NCBI GenBank assembly: GCA_041548245.1
Contig: JBFESZ010000025.1
Location: 1 to 23,895, forward strand
Direction of reading: 5' to 3'
Source: Sulfurimonadaceae bacterium
Lineage (GTDB): Bacteria > Campylobacterota > Campylobacteria > Campylobacterales > Sulfurimonadaceae
DNA length: 23,895 nt
Positions 8,191-17,437 of this stretch are shown here, one piece after another; the first letter of the stretch is position 1, and each line of letters starts with the position of its first letter. Under the pieces are notes generated by a model. That model saw only the letters and a list, made by a program, of their open reading frames with translations, was not told where the DNA came from and searched no databases. The position numbers and the translations under genes were made by a program.

Positions 8191-8879
8191 TCACCCTGAT
8201 AGACTTTAAGTTTATAGCCTACGCCTGAGATGTTTTCCAAAGAGTCATCAGGAAGTTTTTTTCTTAGCGCACGAACCAGGGAGCGTATAGCATCTGAACT
8301 CATTCCTTCATAGGGCCAGACTTGGGCTTCGATCTCTTCATAGGTCACAACACGAGAAGTGTTGAAAGCAAGCAGATCAAGGAAAAGGAGTTCGTTTTTG
8401 GTCAGTTTTACTGATTTTCCATCACATAGTATCTCTTTGGAAAAGGCATTGTAGGAACACTTTTTGGAGAGGGGAAGAGAGAACTTGCTCTTGTCCTCCA
8501 TGCGCTCGACAGAGAGTTCCAAGGCACCCATAAGTTTGTCTTTAGTGATAGGCTTGACGATATATTTGACGAGCTGGAGTTCTACGGCTTTGAGAAGGTA
8601 GTCCTGGTCCGTATAGGCTGTCGCGACGATGATAGGTGTCTTCTGGTCTTCAGACCTGATATAGCGCGCCATGTCGATACCGTTCATTTTCGGCATGGAG
8701 ATGTCGGTGATGATGATATCGGGTTTTTCGTCTCTCCAGATATTTAATGCAACCTTCCCGTTTTCAGCTTCATAGACTTTTTTACAGATACGGCTTAAAT
8801 ACTCTACAGCAACTTTGCGGACATCTTCATCATCTTCTACATACAAAATAGTATAGTTTTTTAAAATTTCTTTATTCAT
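8187..8879 (-). CDS. OmpR/PhoB-family response regulator
   Basis: Receiver 'ILYVEDD...IITDISMPKMNG...YIVKP' plus winged-helix 'IRSLVRALRKKL...ENISGVGY'. The ATG at 8879 has an AAGG SD; alternative start at 8894. Confidence 0.93.
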   Translation of the reverse strand: MNKEILKNYTILYVEDDEDVRKVAVEYLSRICKKVYEAENGKVALNIWRDEKPDIIITDISMPKMNGIDMARYIRSEDQKTPIIVATAYTDQDYLLKAVELQLVKYIVKPITKDKLMGALELSVERMEDKSKFSLPLSKKCSYNAFSKEILCDGKSVKLTKNELLFLDLLAFNTSRVVTYEEIEAQVWPYEGMSSDAIRSLVRALRKKLPDDSLENISGVGYKLKVYQGD

Positions 8880-8912
8880 TACAGACCTTGTCATTTAGGT
8901 GTTGTCAGGTCA

Positions 8913-8935
8913 ATTATAACTAATTTGTGTACAAT
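8913..8935. promoter_or_regulatory. Divergent -10 boxes for the response regulator (minus) and the DUF1624 gene (plus)
   Basis: Minus-strand TATAAT at 8913-8918 and plus-strand TACAAT at 8930-8935 in a short intergenic gap. Confidence 0.5.
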
Positions 8936-8940
8936 ACAGT

Positions 8941-9639
8941 ATGAATAAAAACGAACGATTTTTTGAGCTTGATCTTCTGCGTGGAACGGCTGTAATCCTC
9001 ATGGTCTTTTTTCATTTCGGGTATGATCTGGCGCTTTTTGGATATGCCTTCTATCAGACAACGCTGGATTTGGAGTGGATACTTTTTCGTGCTCTCATCC
9101 TTTCAATGTTTCTGCTTGCAGTTGGGATGAGTGCCTATCTTGCTTATGTCAATGGGATACGATATGAGAAGCTGATAAGAAGTGTTGTGAGGCTTTTACT
9201 TGTTTCAGTGATCATATCGATCGGAAGTTATTTCGTTTTTCCACAGCAGTGGATCTATTTCGGCGTCATACATTTTATTGCCTTGGCCTTGGTGGCTGTG
9301 CTTCCTTTTATTAACAGGCCTAAGACAGCACTGCTGCTAGGCATAGCCATTTTATTAAGCTATGCCTTGGGATACCGACCGCTTGATCCACTTTTTTATT
9401 ACAGTATAGAGCACTGGAGTATCCCAGGCCACACGGTTGACGTAGTCAGCTTTTCGCCCTGGTTTGGCGTGGTACTTATTGGGGTCTTTGTCATGAGTAA
9501 AAAGCTTTTTGGTCTGGCGATCCCACAGAATAGATGGAGTCAAAGGGTGGCTGTGATCGGGCAACACTCTTTAGCGATTTATCTTATCCATCAGCCAGTA
9601 TTATTCGGGTTTTTCTACATCATAAAATTTTGGTTTTAA
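8941..9639 (+). CDS. DUF1624 / heparan-alpha-glucosaminide N-acetyltransferase-like membrane protein
   Basis: 'RFFELDLLRGTAVILMVFFH', 'IYFGVIHFI', 'PWFGVVLIG' and 'GQHSLAIYLIHQP'; multiple TMs. Confidence 0.85.
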   Translation: MNKNERFFELDLLRGTAVILMVFFHFGYDLALFGYAFYQTTLDLEWILFRALILSMFLLAVGMSAYLAYVNGIRYEKLIRSVVRLLLVSVIISIGSYFVFPQQWIYFGVIHFIALALVAVLPFINRPKTALLLGIAILLSYALGYRPLDPLFYYSIEHWSIPGHTVDVVSFSPWFGVVLIGVFVMSKKLFGLAIPQNRWSQRVAVIGQHSLAIYLIHQPVLFGFFYIIKFWF

Positions 9640-9651
9640 AAAAGGAATCGT

Positions 9652-9843
9652 ATGAAGTTCTTGACACAATTCTATTATGAAAAGACCTGGAGTAAGGCCT
9701 CGTCTAAAGAGGTCTTGCGTCTTATTCAGGAGGAGTTCCCGGATATTCCTGCTGAGGCTACATTTGAATATGTACAGAGTGAATGTCAAAAAGGTAAAAC
9801 TATTACCATAGGGGAGTGCCGCTTTAAAATAGACAAGGAGTAA
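9652..9843 (+). CDS. Small hypothetical protein (63 aa)
   Basis: AAGGA SD; fills the gap between the DUF1624 gene and the adk promoter; plausible globular composition. Confidence 0.65.
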   Translation: MKFLTQFYYEKTWSKASSKEVLRLIQEEFPDIPAEATFEYVQSECQKGKTITIGECRFKIDKE

Positions 9844-9855
9844 AGGACTCTTTGT
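9833..9855 (+). terminator. Possible terminator hairpin after the 63-aa ORF
   Basis: ACAAGGAGT-AAAGG-ACTCTTTGT, a 9-bp stem with one G-U pair spanning the stop codon. Confidence 0.4.
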
Positions 9856-9866
9856 TGTAATTAAGC

Positions 9867-9872
9867 TATAAT
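9867..9872 (+). promoter_or_regulatory. Putative -10 box for adk
   Basis: TTAAGC-TATAAT 29 nt upstream of the ATG; AGGA SD. Confidence 0.6.
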
Positions 9873-9883
9873 TCCATCATTAA

Positions 9884-10549
<666 letters not shown>

Positions 10550-10643
10550 ACGGCCTTTTGATCAGGCAGGACTGTTTGCAGTTATAAAACAGGTACTGTC
10601 GGGCTTTTAGTTGTTTCCCTTCCACACTATTTCAGATAAATAA

Positions 10644-11258
10644 TCAATCATGCAAGAGTTCTGTTTTAAGGATTTTTTCCCAGAGTCTGTAGGCTTTGGA
10701 TGTCAGATGAATTCCATCTGTGGTAAACTCTCTTTTCAAGCCCTGATTTTGAGGATCCAAAAAATGCGGATAGAGGTCTATATAGTCAAGATTATCTTTC
10801 TCAACCTGAAGTTTTAGCCATCTGTTCATCGTTCTGATATCCTGGTTGATGCTTTTTGTACCTCGTTCATCTATCACCGGTAAAAGAGAGAGAAGAGTGA
10901 GTTTTTGCTCTTTGGAAAAGCTTTCGAGTATGCGTCGATAGTTTGCCTGTATTTCTCTAAGCGGTATCTGGTTTAAGATATCATTGACACCAATCATAAG
11001 GACAATATGTTTTGCTTCTTTAGCGTAGTGCAGACGAGAGAGAATATCAGCTGTCGTATCCCCATCTATACCCATGTTTGAAGCTTTAAAGTTGGACCAG
11101 TTGTGACGCATGGTCAATGAGTCGCCTAAAAAGACAAGCCCTGTTGCTTTCATCTGTGAAAACTCCTGAAGTTTATACTCGTAAAAAGTCTGATATCCTC
11201 TCGGGCCTGCCCAAAGAGAGCAGATGAGTAGAAGGCTAAGGGTGAGGAACTTTGACAT
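10644..11258 (-). CDS. Exported SGNH/GDSL-family esterase/lipase
   Basis: Signal peptide; blocks FLGDSLT, GIDGDTT, IGVND, DGIHL. Overlaps the upstream gene by 23 bp. Confidence 0.9.
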   Translation of the reverse strand: MSKFLTLSLLLICSLWAGPRGYQTFYEYKLQEFSQMKATGLVFLGDSLTMRHNWSNFKASNMGIDGDTTADILSRLHYAKEAKHIVLMIGVNDILNQIPLREIQANYRRILESFSKEQKLTLLSLLPVIDERGTKSINQDIRTMNRWLKLQVEKDNLDYIDLYPHFLDPQNQGLKREFTTDGIHLTSKAYRLWEKILKTELLHD

Positions 11259-11790
11259 TGGAATTTAAAAGGTACCCGATGATCACTAGAAGAGTCAAAA
11301 CACCCAGAGCAGGAAGTCCTATATAGACATTGGCCAGAAAGACAAGCCATAAGAGTATAGCACCAAGAGGAGTGGGGACACCGGTAAAGAACTTTTCAGC
11401 CTCTCCCGGATCAGCAGCTATATTAAACTGGATCAGACGACGCAGGCCTGATATGACATAATAGATTGAACCCATACCAGCGAGGACCTTGATGAGAGTT
11501 CCTTCGGTAGTGAACACGGCTTCAAAGATTAAAAAAGTCGGCATTAAAACGAAGGTCAAGAAGTCGGCAAAGGAGTCAAGCTGAATACCGAATTCATTAG
11601 AGAGCTTGTATTTTCTGGCGACTTTGCCGTCGAAGATGTCAAAGGCTCCACCCATCCATGCCAGAACGACGGCAAGAAAGAAGTTCTGCTGGGTGATAAA
11701 GTAGACTGCCAGCAAGCCGAATGTGATGTTTCCCATGGTAATAAGGTTGGCAAGATTAAAATGACTTTTTGAACTGTATAAAAACTGCAT
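11236..11790 (-). CDS. pssA: CDP-alcohol phosphatidyltransferase, probably phosphatidylserine synthase
   Basis: 'ANLITMGN', 'DIFDGKVAR...FGIQLDSFAD' (D-x2-DG-x2-AR...G-x2-LD-x3-D) and 'FTGVPTP'. AAGGA SD and TGaTATAAT at 11812-11820 (minus). Confidence 0.8.
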   Translation of the reverse strand: MQFLYSSKSHFNLANLITMGNITFGLLAVYFITQQNFFLAVVLAWMGGAFDIFDGKVARKYKLSNEFGIQLDSFADFLTFVLMPTFLIFEAVFTTEGTLIKVLAGMGSIYYVISGLRRLIQFNIAADPGEAEKFFTGVPTPLGAILLWLVFLANVYIGLPALGVLTLLVIIGYLLNSNVKVPHP

Positions 11791-11872
11791 GAGGGTCCTT
11801 TAAAAAGTCGAATTATATCAAAATTAAATTTTTGTGTCATAATGGTTTAAAAAGTTTCGGCTAGGCGGGGAG

Positions 11873-13177
11873 TTGGATTTGAAGGTTATATCAGGGAGCT
11901 TATTGGGTGTACTGGCAGTTATACCGGTTTTTGCGTTGAGTGATTATCGTTGTACACAGAAGGCTTTGTGCGAGGTACAGGAATATCAAGAAGCGAGTTC
12001 TGTACAGAAGGCTTTTGACGAGGGAAACGTAGAAGGTAATATTCGTTTGGCTTACATCGATCAGCATAATCATGCGACAAATGTTGCTGATACCTATGCA
12101 ACATCCATCGGAGGTCAATTGAAGTATGAGACAGCCAAATTTTATCATCTCTCTTTGGCTGCAGCAGCCTTTGTCTCTCAGAAGGTGGGTGTTCTAAGCG
12201 GCAACGAGAACAAGGGTGAGCTTAATTACGACTTCTTCGGTTCAAATGGAGACTCTTTCGCCTATTTGGGCGAGGCCTACATCGAGTATACTCGTAAGAA
12301 CTTTAATCTGCGTATCGGACGTCAAAAGCTTGATACTCCCTTGAATGACAGAGATGATATCCGTTTGCTTCCAAACAGTTTTGAGGCGATTACAGCCGGA
12401 TACGGTGGTATAGAAGATACGGTATTGGTAGCAGGGTATATCAACCGGTGGGCAGGATATGATTCAGGTGGAGAAATTTCGGTCTTTAAAGAGATACCCG
12501 GAGGTGTAGATACAGCGGATGAACCTATTAATGATGGTACAAAAGGGGTCTTTCTTGCAGGTGTGATGAATGCAAGCATCGAAAATCTTGAATTACAGAC
12601 ATGGTATTATGATTTTGATAAGACGGCCGATGTCATCTATGCAGATGCGGTTTACACGACACAGTACACAAGTGGTCTGGAAGTCGAAGCCGGTGTTCAA
12701 TATGCACACTACAGCGAGAAATCATCATCGGCAATAGAGGGTGATGTATGCGGAGGAGTGTTTTCTGTAGGTTATGAAGGCGTAAGCCTGGCAGCGGCTT
12801 TTAGCGCGGTCAATGCTGAAGATGGCAAAAGTATATTGTTGGGTTACGGAGGCGGTCCCTATTTCACCTCGATGGAAGAGTGGACGATTGACGGGATGAA
12901 TGATGGGAAAGCGTATGTCGTTGGTGCAGAGATTGACTTTAGCAAGATGTCGTTTGATGGACTGAGTCTGGCTTATGCTTACGGAAGATTTAATGCGAAT
13001 GTCCAGACAACATCCGGCTCGTCAAAAGTTGAAGAGAATGATTTTATCTTGGCTTATGCCATCGCAGAAAACGCAGACCTGGAAGTGAGTTATGCCCATG
13101 TCAATGACAAGGCCAACAGTGAGGTTGATGATGTTGGCTATGATCGTACTCTGGCACGGCTGAACTATTACTTTTAA
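11873..13177 (+). CDS. OprD/Occ-like outer-membrane porin (Campylobacterota major porin-like)
   Basis: TTG start, signal peptide, amphipathic beta strands, 'LGEAYIEY...IGRQKLDTPL...DIRLLPNSFEA', terminal aromatic 'LNYYF'. Confidence 0.85.
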   Translation: MDLKVISGSLLGVLAVIPVFALSDYRCTQKALCEVQEYQEASSVQKAFDEGNVEGNIRLAYIDQHNHATNVADTYATSIGGQLKYETAKFYHLSLAAAAFVSQKVGVLSGNENKGELNYDFFGSNGDSFAYLGEAYIEYTRKNFNLRIGRQKLDTPLNDRDDIRLLPNSFEAITAGYGGIEDTVLVAGYINRWAGYDSGGEISVFKEIPGGVDTADEPINDGTKGVFLAGVMNASIENLELQTWYYDFDKTADVIYADAVYTTQYTSGLEVEAGVQYAHYSEKSSSAIEGDVCGGVFSVGYEGVSLAAAFSAVNAEDGKSILLGYGGGPYFTSMEEWTIDGMNDGKAYVVGAEIDFSKMSFDGLSLAYAYGRFNANVQTTSGSSKVEENDFILAYAIAENADLEVSYAHVNDKANSEVDDVGYDRTLARLNYYF

Positions 13178-13240
13178 AAATATTTGCATTCCTCATTAGA
13201 AGTGTGATAGTATTAATAAAATTAATATCAATACAGGGGC

Positions 13241-14881
13241 ATGAGGATAATGAACTGGATTTACAATATCAAAATCAAGAACATACTTGTTGGTGTTTCA
13301 GCAGTGGTCATAGCTGTCATGTTATTGAGTACTGTTATGAATCAAAGTGGACTCAAGGCACTTAGTAATCATACAGACAAGCAGATGAACGAGGTCTTGC
13401 CAAACACCTTCGATTTTTTGAGTCTGCAGCTTAATATTGTCCAGATCCAGCAGTGGTTGACAGATGTCTCGGCAACACGTGCAGCGAAGGGCTTTGATGA
13501 TGGTTTTGATGAAGCAAAGAGTCATTTTGACAAAGCCAATGATGACCTTGATCAGCTGATACGCATGCATGCGGAATTGGATGAATCACAAATAGTAGCG
13601 GAACTTCAGGCGTTTAAAAAAGACTTGAAAAACTTTTACGAGTTCGGTGTCAAGATGGCAAAGGTCTATGTTGAAAGCGGGCCAAGTGAAGGAAACCAGC
13701 TGATGCTTCAGCTTGACCCTTATGCGCTAAAGCTTACAAGTGCAATTAATCGATGGATTACTACTCATAAGCAAGAATCGCAAGAGATAGCAGCTATGAT
13801 CAACAACTCTACTAAAAAGATAGAAACATTGAATCTCGTATTATCGCTTTCAGTGATTATCGTGGCTGTTCTTGCAGCTGTTGTTATTAATATGCTACTG
13901 AAAAATATCAACAAGATTGATGATTATCTCAAAGGGATAGCAGAGCTTGACTTAAGAGACAGGCTTGAGGTCAGGGGAACAAACGAGATTGCAATGATCG
14001 CTAAAAACATTTATGCTGTGATGGAAGTTATCAAAGCCTTTATCACCCAGAGTAAACGCTCTACAGAAGAGAATGCATCCATTTCCCAAGAACTTTCAAC
14101 CACAGCTGTGGTAGTGGGGAAGAAAGTAGAAGAGGTGACAAACATTGTCAATCATGCGACAGAGAAAGCCAAAGGAATTACCTCGGAAATCACTCTATCA
14201 CTCAGTGATGCAGGAGAGAGTAAGAAGAATATCGTACGCGCCAGTGAGAACCTTAATGAGGTAACAAGAGAGATTACCAAATTGACGTCTGAAGTGCAGA
14301 CAACTGCCGAAGTAGAAGCGGAAATGGCCAGCAAGATCGAACAGTTGAGTGCGGATGCCGATCAGGTCAAAGATGTCTTGACGGTCATCTCTGACATTGC
14401 TGACCAGACGAATCTATTGGCACTTAATGCTGCCATCGAAGCGGCTAGAGCAGGCGAGCACGGTCGGGGGTTTGCAGTTGTCGCCGACGAAGTGAGAAAG
14501 TTGGCAGAGCGTACACAAAAAAGTCTGGTCGAGATTCAAGCAACAATCAATGTGATCGTGCAGGCCATTATGGATGCAGGAGAGCAGATGAACAAAAACT
14601 CCAAAAATATTCAAGAACTTGCGGACATCTCATCCGAGGTGGAAATAAAGATTACGGAAACGGTCGGTATTATGCAAGAGGCTACGCACGTGAGTGAGAA
14701 AACCGTTGGCGATTATGAAAAGACCGGAACGATGGTCGATACAATCGCCAATGAGATCATTGATATCAACACTATTGTCGAGTCCAATGCGAGAAGTGTT
14801 GAAGAGATTGCATCTGCTGCCGAGCATTTAAGCAGCATGACAGAAAAGTTAAACCAGAGTATGGATAAGTTCAGACTCTAA
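13241..14881 (+). CDS. Methyl-accepting chemotaxis protein (periplasmic helical sensor, HAMP, signalling domain)
   Basis: Two TMs; '[13 protein letters not shown]' helical periplasmic domain; HAMP 'GTNEIAMIA'; hairpin tip '[38 protein letters not shown]'. Confidence 0.95.
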   Translation: MRIMNWIYNIKIKNILVGVSAVVIAVMLLSTVMNQSGLKALSNHTDKQMNEVLPNTFDFLSLQLNIVQIQQWLTDVSATRAAKGFDDGFDEAKSHFDKANDDLDQLIRMHAELDESQIVAELQAFKKDLKNFYEFGVKMAKVYVESGPSEGNQLMLQLDPYALKLTSAINRWITTHKQESQEIAAMINNSTKKIETLNLVLSLSVIIVAVLAAVVINMLLKNINKIDDYLKGIAELDLRDRLEVRGTNEIAMIAKNIYAVMEVIKAFITQSKRSTEENASISQELSTTAVVVGKKVEEVTNIVNHATEKAKGITSEITLSLSDAGESKKNIVRASENLNEVTREITKLTSEVQTTAEVEAEMASKIEQLSADADQVKDVLTVISDIADQTNLLALNAAIEAARAGEHGRGFAVVADEVRKLAERTQKSLVEIQATINVIVQAIMDAGEQMNKNSKNIQELADISSEVEIKITETVGIMQEATHVSEKTVGDYEKTGTMVDTIANEIIDINTIVESNARSVEEIASAAEHLSSMTEKLNQSMDKFRL

Positions 14882-15008
14882 TCCTTTAACACAAACATCA
14901 GATTTGTGTTCTCTGCTTTTCAAGATATAAAATCATAATTTCATAACATTGATAATAAATAAAATAATATAATTGCAAAAATAATAGTAAAAATTTATGA
15001 CGTATTAA

Positions 15009-15027
15009 AATGATTTTTATTATCATT
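15009..15027. promoter_or_regulatory. Fur box upstream of feoAB
   Basis: AATGAT-TTTTATT-ATCATT. The core TGATTTTTATTATCA differs at 2 positions from the 7-1-7 Fur consensus TGATAATnATTATCA and lies 30 nt before feoA. Confidence 0.75.
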
Positions 15028-15057
15028 ATGCAAAATAAAGCAATGTAAGAAGAAAAG

Positions 15058-15294
15058 ATGAATAAACTTACGCAGTGTGAAAAAGGATCGAGTTGCAAGG
15101 TTGCAAAGATACATGCAACGGGACCTTTAAAACAGCGTCTACTCTCTTTCGGAATAATGAAAGGGGTTGTGGTTGAGCTTTTGGAGTATTCAACGACAAA
15201 GAGTACAGTAGAAGTAAAAGTGGGGAAAATGCGTATCGCACTTCGAAAAGAAGAAGCAGAACTTATTGAGATAGGGAATAATGAACAAGATTAA
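15058..15294 (+). CDS. feoA: Ferrous iron transport protein A
   Basis: 78 aa, 'LKQRLLSFGIMKG...IALRKEEAELI'; overlaps the feoB start. Confidence 0.93.
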   Translation: MNKLTQCEKGSSCKVAKIHATGPLKQRLLSFGIMKGVVVELLEYSTTKSTVEVKVGKMRIALRKEEAELIEIGNNEQD

Positions 15295-17383
15295 AATAGC
15301 CCTTGTAGGGCAGCCGAATGTTGGTAAGTCCATGCTTATCAACTCCATATCCAATGCTCATTTGCATGTGGGTAATTTTACTGGTGTGACTGTTGAGAAA
15401 TCAGAAGTCCACTTCGAGTTTCAAGACTACTCGTTTACTGTCATCGATCTTCCGGGGACCTATGCGTTTACAGACTACTCTATAGAAGAGCGCGTAACAC
15501 ATGACTATTTGTGCAATGAAGAGTATGATCTGATCTTGAATGTAGTCGATTCGACCAATCTGGAAAAGAACCTGCAGCTTACAGCTGAACTTATGACAAT
15601 GTCGAAGAAAATAGTCCTGGCAATGAACATGATTGATGAGGCTGATGAAGAGGGGATTGAGATCAATGAGCGTTATTTCACTGAACTGACGGGTCTGCCC
15701 GCGGCAAAGGTATCGGCTGTTACCCATACCGGTCTTGAAGAGATGCTCTACCTTGCGATTAAAACGCACAAAGCTTCGCATCAAGAACAAAAGCTTATCT
15801 TCTCAGAGGCTCTTGAAGAGGAGATAACGACGATCACTGAATATTTGGATAAAAACAAGTTCAAGGCCAATATTTCAAACAGGAATATAGCGATCAATCT
15901 GCTTCAAAATGAGAAGAAGACGTATAGAACCCTGCACGACAATCCGATCTGGGTCGAACTTCAGCCTATCCTCATTGAAGCGGTCAAACATATCGAACTG
16001 CATCATGATACAGAGGATGCAAAAGAGGTTTTTGCTGAAGAGTATATGGCTTATAATCGCGGGATCATCGCAGAAACGGTTCAGGTGACGAAGCCTGAAA
16101 ACGTAGAATTGACGATGACAGAAAAGATCGATAAGATACTGATCCATCCGGTATTTGGAATTCCTATTTTTCTTTTCTTTATGTGGGGACTGTTTCAGCT
16201 GACTTTTGAGATCGGCTCTATTCCTATGGATTGGATTGACGGATTTTTCAGTTGGTTCGGAGATGTCATTGGTTCGACGATTACCAATGATGATGTGCGT
16301 TCATTGATTGTCGACGGCATTATCGCAGGTGTCGGAGCGGTCATACTTTTTGTACCCAATATCGTGATCCTCTTTATCGGCATTTCCCTTTTGGAGAGTA
16401 CTGGGTATATGTCAAGGGTCGCGTTCCTTCTGGATGGTTTCTTTCACCGTTTTGGCCTACACGGACAGTCATTTATTCCTTTGGTAACGGGATTTGGATG
16501 CTCTATTCCGGCCTATATGTCTGCACGGGTCTTGAAAAATGACAGAGATCGGCTTTTGACACTTTTTATCATTGGCTTTATGTCCTGTGGGGCACGTTTA
16601 CCTGTGTACGTCCTTTTTGCGGGGGCATTTTTTTCCAAAGCGCAAGCAGGAAATATTCTGTTCGCAATCTATATAACGGGTGCTCTGATTGGCCTTGTTG
16701 CCGCAAAAGTGCTTCGTATGACTGCATTTAAAGGGTTGGATGAGCCTTTTGTTATGGAGATGCCAAAGTACAGACTGCCATCGATCAAGCTTGTTTGGCA
16801 TACGGTCAAGACGAAGACATGGATGTATCTTAAAAAAGCGGGTACTTTTATTGCAGCAGCTTCGATGCTGGTATGGTTCTTGAGTAATTATCCGCATAAT
16901 GAAGTCTTGGAAGCCGAGTATGCCGCTAAGATGGAAGTGGCAAGCGAGGCAGAAGCTTTACGTCTTCAAAACAGATTGGATGAGGTGTTGTTGGCAGAGA
17001 GCTATTTGGGACGTATCGGTAAGTTTATCGAACCGGTATTCACACCGCTTGGATTTGACTGGAAGATGGCTGTCGCCTTACAGACCGGTCTGGCCGCCAA
17101 AGAGGTTGTCGTCTCGACCTTGGGTGTTTTATATGCTTTGGGAGATGAAGTGGATGCCGAAAGTTCAGGATTGATGAATGCTATCTCAAAAAACATCTCT
17201 TTTCCGGCCGCGGTAGCTTTCGTAGTTGTCATTATGATCTATCTTCCGTGTCTGGCAGCATCGGTTGTCTTTACCAAAGAAGCAGGCGGGATAAAATACT
17301 TTTTTTATCTTTTTTTACTTACAACAGTAGTGGCCTATGTGCTTGCTTTTATTGCCTACAGGCTTACGCTTTTGATCGTCTAA
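15281..17383 (+). CDS. feoB: Ferrous iron transport protein B
   Basis: GTPase motifs GQPNVGKS, GNFTGVTVE, DLPG, NMID; membrane domain with 'GFGCSIPA', 'MSCGARLPVY', 'FVMEMPKYRLP', 'YLPCLA'. Confidence 0.97.
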   Translation: MNKIKIALVGQPNVGKSMLINSISNAHLHVGNFTGVTVEKSEVHFEFQDYSFTVIDLPGTYAFTDYSIEERVTHDYLCNEEYDLILNVVDSTNLEKNLQLTAELMTMSKKIVLAMNMIDEADEEGIEINERYFTELTGLPAAKVSAVTHTGLEEMLYLAIKTHKASHQEQKLIFSEALEEEITTITEYLDKNKFKANISNRNIAINLLQNEKKTYRTLHDNPIWVELQPILIEAVKHIELHHDTEDAKEVFAEEYMAYNRGIIAETVQVTKPENVELTMTEKIDKILIHPVFGIPIFLFFMWGLFQLTFEIGSIPMDWIDGFFSWFGDVIGSTITNDDVRSLIVDGIIAGVGAVILFVPNIVILFIGISLLESTGYMSRVAFLLDGFFHRFGLHGQSFIPLVTGFGCSIPAYMSARVLKNDRDRLLTLFIIGFMSCGARLPVYVLFAGAFFSKAQAGNILFAIYITGALIGLVAAKVLRMTAFKGLDEPFVMEMPKYRLPSIKLVWHTVKTKTWMYLKKAGTFIAAASMLVWFLSNYPHNEVLEAEYAAKMEVASEAEALRLQNRLDEVLLAESYLGRIGKFIEPVFTPLGFDWKMAVALQTGLAAKEVVVSTLGVLYALGDEVDAESSGLMNAISKNISFPAAVAFVVVIMIYLPCLAASVVFTKEAGGIKYFFYLFLLTTVVAYVLAFIAYRLTLLIV

Positions 17384-17422
17384 AAGTCAGGGAGATAAAA
17401 AACTTCTCTATTTGATATTTTT

Positions 17423-17431
17423 TGATACAAT
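17423..17431 (+). promoter_or_regulatory. Extended -10 promoter immediately upstream of the response regulator ATG
   Basis: TG-A-TACAAT, then 6 nt, then the ATG at 17438. Confidence 0.6.
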
Positions 17432-17437
17432 AATCTT

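Noticed and set aside
14395-14530. Similarity between this segment and about 19575-19710 (opposite strand) as a repeat or recent duplication
   Set aside because: It is the universally conserved MCP hairpin tip; synonymous positions differ widely.
14898-15098. Hydrophobic 66-aa minus-strand ORF between the MCP and feoA
   Set aside because: A product of AT-rich regulatory DNA; it overlaps feoA and the Fur box and has no SD.
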